Assembly (NCBI GenBank): GCA_964016885.1
Contig: OZ024740.1
Span: forward strand, 374,046,001-374,110,000
DNA from: Eledone cirrhosa
Lineage: Eukaryota
Direction of reading: 5' to 3'
DNA length: 64,000 nt
Under the pieces are notes generated by a model. It ran no database searches. It saw only the letters and a program-made list of their open reading frames with translations, and was not told the DNA's origin. Positions 58,459 through 64,000 of this stretch are shown one piece after another. The position numbers and the translations under genes were made by a program. How positions within the stretch are numbered: position 1 is the first letter of the stretch; every line of letters starts with the position of its first letter.

Positions 58459-60114
58459 GTTGCTGTTTTATTATTATAAGGGCGGTGGATTGGCAGTATC
58501 GGTAGAGGGTCGGACGTTATGCTTTGCAGCAAAGAGTTACAGCCCTTTAAGGTCTGAGTTCAAATTATTACTATTATTGTTATAATTATTAATATCTACT
58601 GCTGTCTAGTCTGGCACAATTTCAAGCCGTTCTTCAGAATTCTGAACATATTACCTGGAGTAATATTTCTTCGGGTGTATTCGCTTTGTAGATTCGGATA
58701 AATCTTCCCAAAGAGATCAGTTGAAAAATAATGTTTCATTAATTTGTTACTATATATGCAGTAAAAAGAAAGAAATGTCTACAATCCCGGCCATGTCCTC
58801 TCTTGTCACAGAACAAATAAAATATGAATTAAAACATATGCAGAGCGATATGAGCAAAAATAAAATAAGGATAGTTGATGACATTTCCATTCATAACGCC
58901 ACTATTATGAATATTTCCAGTTTCTTATTGAACACATCATTCGTAAACACACGCTAAATAGAAAGTAAACACAAACACATTTTGAAAACAGCAGTCTTGT
59001 TGATATTGCTCACTCAACAGCAACATGAAAAAAAAGAATACTCGATATAAGTAAACACAAGAAACAAAGTTTTCTGACAAACTAGATGATACGAGTTTGT
59101 CCTTGCCTGTTGAAGATGTCCAATGAGAAATGTCACGTGTGTGGACATATTTTGTTTGCAATGCATGATTTGCAGGTGGTAGTAGCAATAGCTTGGATAT
59201 CTAGAATGTAGAAAAGTGGACAAAACAGCCCATAACTTACTTGTTCAATATTCGAATATGAGGCAACATGACGTACCCATGCAATTTCACGTTGACATTT
59301 ACAGAGCATCAGTCCTTTTAAAGGACGCCTCATCTCGAACCATTAGAATGGGTGTGGGGATGTACTAACACCCCCCCCCCCCCCGTATTGTTGCTGCGAC
59401 AAATGAGCTAGCGTATTAGCACGAGGACTTTATTCTATATCTAAGCCCTTCTGAACTCCACAAACGCCACCTAATGAAATAAGGCAACACATGTTACACT
59501 ATAACGCAATAAAGCACCACAAACAACGTAGACAATAGTCTACACACTTACAACAAAATAATATAATCCGACCCACAATCCGACCTTCTATACAAGGGTC
59601 GGCTGACAAGTTTATAGGCCTGCGCAATTTACTCTCTTTGCATAACCAAAATGAGGATAAGTTTTCAACATAATCCCCGAGAAGTAACATAGCAGTTATT
59701 AATAAGATCTGAATTAATTAATGCAAGATTTCACCGTTCTAGCATCACTCCTTCATAATCAGTCTATGAACTTTCCTGTCTGCCCTAGATCATGAATTCA
59801 CCGCTATGGAATAATATGTATTCTTACTTCACAAACATCCATTAGTATAAAACATTCCACACACAACACCTAACTCAAATTATATTTAAAAAAAAGCTAA
59901 TATAAAACAATTAATATCGAACACATATCAAAACTTACATATCGCATTGAACATATTCTACATACAAACCAAAGAACTAATGGACTACAAAGATTAAAAT
60001 AAGAATTGCCAAATGAAACATATCTGTTGTTGTTGTTTTATTTTTATTTTTACATATCACCGATTTACTCTCACTGGAATGCAAGAACTTACTAAAATAA
60101 AACACACACTGCCG

Positions 60115-60152
<38 letters not shown>

Positions 60153-61548
60153 TTCAAAACGCATAGTAATGCATTCAATGTATGCAGTTAAAATAAAAGA
60201 AATAATTATTTCTACTTTTGGCACAAGGCCATCAGTTATCCCCGTGCTTTACTGGTACATTATTCTATCGACCCCGTAAGGATGATAGGCAAAGTTAACC
60301 ACGGTGGCCGTAACTCAGACCGTAAAGGCCCTTATTCTAGGCTGAAAAGCATGGTGTCACACCCTCTAACGATACTGCCAATTAACTGCTGAGAATGCAC
60401 TTATTTTATCAGGCCTGAAAATTCGTATTCAACATAAGTGCAAATAACTGAATGCCACAAGTGAACTTATCTCAAACGAATGCGAGTAACTGTTCCTAAA
60501 AAGTATTACGGGGAAATGCAGTGAATTAAATCGCCTACAATAGATAGTTTGTGCTATGCTGTAAGGTCCCTGAAAGGAATTAAGCTAAAAATGACCTCAC
60601 ATAGAACGTAAAGAGTCGGGTAAAATAATTGAAATCCTTTTGTCTGACGCAGAAATGTTTCTGACAATCCACCGCTATACATAAAATATAATCATACTAG
60701 TGATTTATAAATTACGCACAAGGTCACCAGCTTCAAAATTATTTCTCTCTCTCTCTCTCTTTCTCTTTCTCAATCTATCTATATATCTCACGCTTTATGT
60801 ATATATATATATATATATATATATCATTTAGATACACTTCATATATGAAACTATATGTGAAATCTATGATTGTATATGTACATATGTATGTATATTTGTA
60901 TAACTCTGAAATCCTTATATTGTACTTAAGCGTACTTCAGTAATTTATTTGAATGTCTAGATCAAAGCCAAGTAGAACAACAAAAACACCACGTTAAACG
61001 AAATTACTCGTAAGGCAACAACGGATAAAAGACATTGGAAGCGATTGGCGCTACTATTGTAAACACATATACATACAGTATTCTTTTATCTCATCTTAAC
61101 ATGTTCTGTGTGATTTGACGAACAAAAACAAAGCCGCCGAAAGATAGACATATCGATGAGCTGAAGATATATAATGGGGAGAAATAAGAGTGATGGAGAG
61201 GAAATGTCAAAGACGAACAGAGAGCTGGAAACGCTTCAATGGAAAGAGAGATACACAGTTAATGAGAGGGGACGGGATAAATCAGATGCAAGCAGAAAGA
61301 AAGTTGCAAAATGCGGTGAGAGAGAAAGACATCGTGAAATCGAGGAGAGAAAGGGGGTGGTTAGTGGGGGGGGGGGGTCGTTTAATGTATGTGGAAGATG
61401 ATAATGTGTACAATTGGAGGAGAGATGATAAAGAGGGAAGCAGACTGAAACGGAAGACTGATTAGAGACAGTGGGTTAACAGTCGATAGCTGACAATAGA
61501 AGAGAAATACAGAGGGTGAGACCAGTAATCAGAGAGAGTGATACATAG

Positions 61549-61579
<31 letters not shown>

Positions 61580-61619
61580 TATATAGATAGAGAGAGAGAG
61601 AGAAAGAGAGAAAGATATA

Positions 61620-61795
<176 letters not shown>

Positions 61796-62078
61796 GAGAG
61801 AGAGAAGATACTAAGGTAAAGGGGAGAATGTTCAGAATGAGAGAGAAAGATTGCGGAACTATAAAATATTTAGTACACATGAGCTAAATAGGGGTGAAAG
61901 AGTATCGGCTAGAGATGATGTTGAAGGCTGTAGGGAGAAAGTGAAATGGTGAACGAGAGATATAAGGGAGATATGGAAATGTCAATGGTAGCGTGATGAA
62001 ATATATACATATATTTTCACATACATATATTTGATTATCAGTCTATCCCTTTATCAAGCAGCCAAAATAAATCAATAA

Positions 62079-62293
62079 TTGCATGCATTCATGTATGCAT
62101 GTATCTATGCATGCATTCATGTGTGCATGTATCTATGCATGCATGTATGTATGTATGTACATATATACATACATATATACATACATACATACATATATAC
62201 ATACATACATATATACATACATACATATATACATACATACATATATACATACATACATGTATGTATATATGTATGTATGTATATGTATATATG

Positions 62294-62325
<32 letters not shown>

Positions 62326-62440
62326 TATGTATGTATATATATATATGTATGTATATATACATATGTATGTATGTATGCATGTATGTATGCATATATGTAT
62401 GCATATATGTATGTATGTATGTATGTATATATGTATGTAT
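62079..62440. repeat. Compound (ATGC/ATAC/ATGT)n tetranucleotide tract
   Basis: Seen directly. Confidence 0.9.
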
Positions 62441-62564
62441 ATGGGAGAGATGACCCCTTAGCCTTTGTCAAGGCAGAATTCTAGGAGAAGGAAAACTCTG
62501 ATATAACACCTGCAACTCTGATGGTATCCAATGATGTTGACGTGTTCTTCTTTTTGGTAAATAT

Positions 62565-63168
62565 CATCTTGGTTAAGAGAGTGGGACTGGCTTTGTGCAG
62601 TGCCTTTGCTCACTATAAAAGCTTCACGGCACAGGCATTGCTTTATATCTGGAGATCTCCCTGCATTTGTCGTCACATGATACCATGGGCCCAGCACTAA
62701 GTGTCAATAATTGTCACAAGTGTAGTGTTTGTACCAGAGTTTTCAAGTCGCTGGCTGGACTAAAAAGTCACACTCGTTCAGCGCATCGGTAGGGGTTCTC
62801 CTACATGGATATAAAGTAGTGGCCATACTCGAAAACGAGTTGGCAGCCACCATGTATGTATGTATATATGTATGCAAACATCTTGGTTAAGAGAGTGGGA
62901 CTGGCTTTGTGCAGTGCCTTTGCTCACTATAAAAGCTTCACAGCACAGGCATTGCTTTATATCTGGAGATCACTCTGCACTTCTCGTCACATGGTACCAT
63001 GGACCCAGCACTATGTGTCAATAATTGTCACAAGTGTAGTGTTTGTACCAGAGTTTTCAAGTCGCTGGCTGGACTAAAAAGTCACACTCGTTCAGCGCAT
63101 CAGTAGGGGTTCTCCTACATGGATATAAAGTAGTGGCCGTACTCGAAAACTAGTTGGCAGCCACCATG
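62565..63168 (+). mobile_element. Two tandem ~290-bp 3' ends of an RTE-like LINE
   Basis: Copies at 62565-62853 and 62879-63168. Each encodes a terminal C2H2 finger, HKCSVCTRVFKSLAGLKSHTRSAH, then a stop and a short UTR. Copy 1 has an (ATGT)n tail. Confidence 0.75.
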
Positions 63169-63202
63169 CAAACATGTATATATGTATATTTGTTTATGTG
63201 TA

Positions 63203-63314
<112 letters not shown>

Positions 63315-64000
63315 ATCGTCGTTATATTTTTCAAATTCATTATCAAAGGATATAGTGCCGGTTTCTAACCAAGAAGCGGTGTTCTTCGAAAGGGATTTCG
63401 ATGAAGTTTTGAACTAATATATTTCTTGAGTGTACTACATGTTTGTTTGTTGGTTTCGTTTATTTTCACAGCAGTATGTATTGGAGGCAATACGAGCTCC
63501 CATATATATGTTTCTAAAAATCTAAAGTCTATCTCAAGCCAGAAGGCTCATTTGGCCGGTGCTTATCCCGGTTTCATGGCGTGAAGCGACTGATAGTACA
63601 AGACACCCCCTGGACAGGACGTCAGTCCATGGCAGGCTTACACCTCCAGCTATTGCTGGTACTCACTTTCAGCTGAGTATACTGGAACAACGTGAAATGA
63701 AATGTTTTGCTGAAGAACACAACAGGAAACCCAGCAATTGAGCCCCCGAAATTATGATCGTATGTCCAACACCTTTACCACTAGGCCATACATGTATGCA
63801 TATGTATATAGATATATATGTGTATGTCTAGGCATCTATATAAATTTATTACATGTTCAACTTCTGGAATATTTTACATACTTTTGCATTTCCATTAATG
63901 GCTTGTACATGCAATTTCATAATTCGCCGTGTCGTATCTGGTTTCATGAATCAGATTTTCAATATTTGTGCCGAGGCAGTTAGTGACAAAACCAACTGCT

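Noticed and set aside
58600-59340. Possible minus-strand splice donors (CAG|GTAATA near 58650, CAA|GTAAGT near 59240)
   Set aside because: There is no recognisable peptide or consistent exon chain. RNA-seq would be needed.

Overview
This is AT-rich, microsatellite-saturated animal DNA with no intact host gene that I can recognise. The SINE families and the (TA)n/(CA)n/(GA)n load suggest a cephalopod such as an octopus, but that is inference. Nearly all listed ORFs are microsatellite read-through. Recognisable elements: (1) a near full-length, mutated L1/Tx1-type LINE at 32033-37910 plus four partial copies; (2) about 20 copies of one tRNA-headed SINE and about 6 CORE-type SINEs; (3) two Helitron relics; (4) an RTE-like 3' end present twice in tandem; (5) a possible decayed ankyrin/Mab-21 (cGLR-like) gene; (6) a 200-N gap. 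The main hidden signal is a set of about 9 unrelated families of small elements, all inserted in (TA)n and built the same way. Each is a fold-back with one short arm and one arm extended by about 60-170 nt, and most carry a type I hammerhead ribozyme (HHR) or an HHR relic. One of them encloses a Penelope-like GIY-YIG C-terminus. I read these as TA-targeted, ribozyme-bearing Penelope-like or retrozyme mini-elements. All alignments and folds were done by eye.
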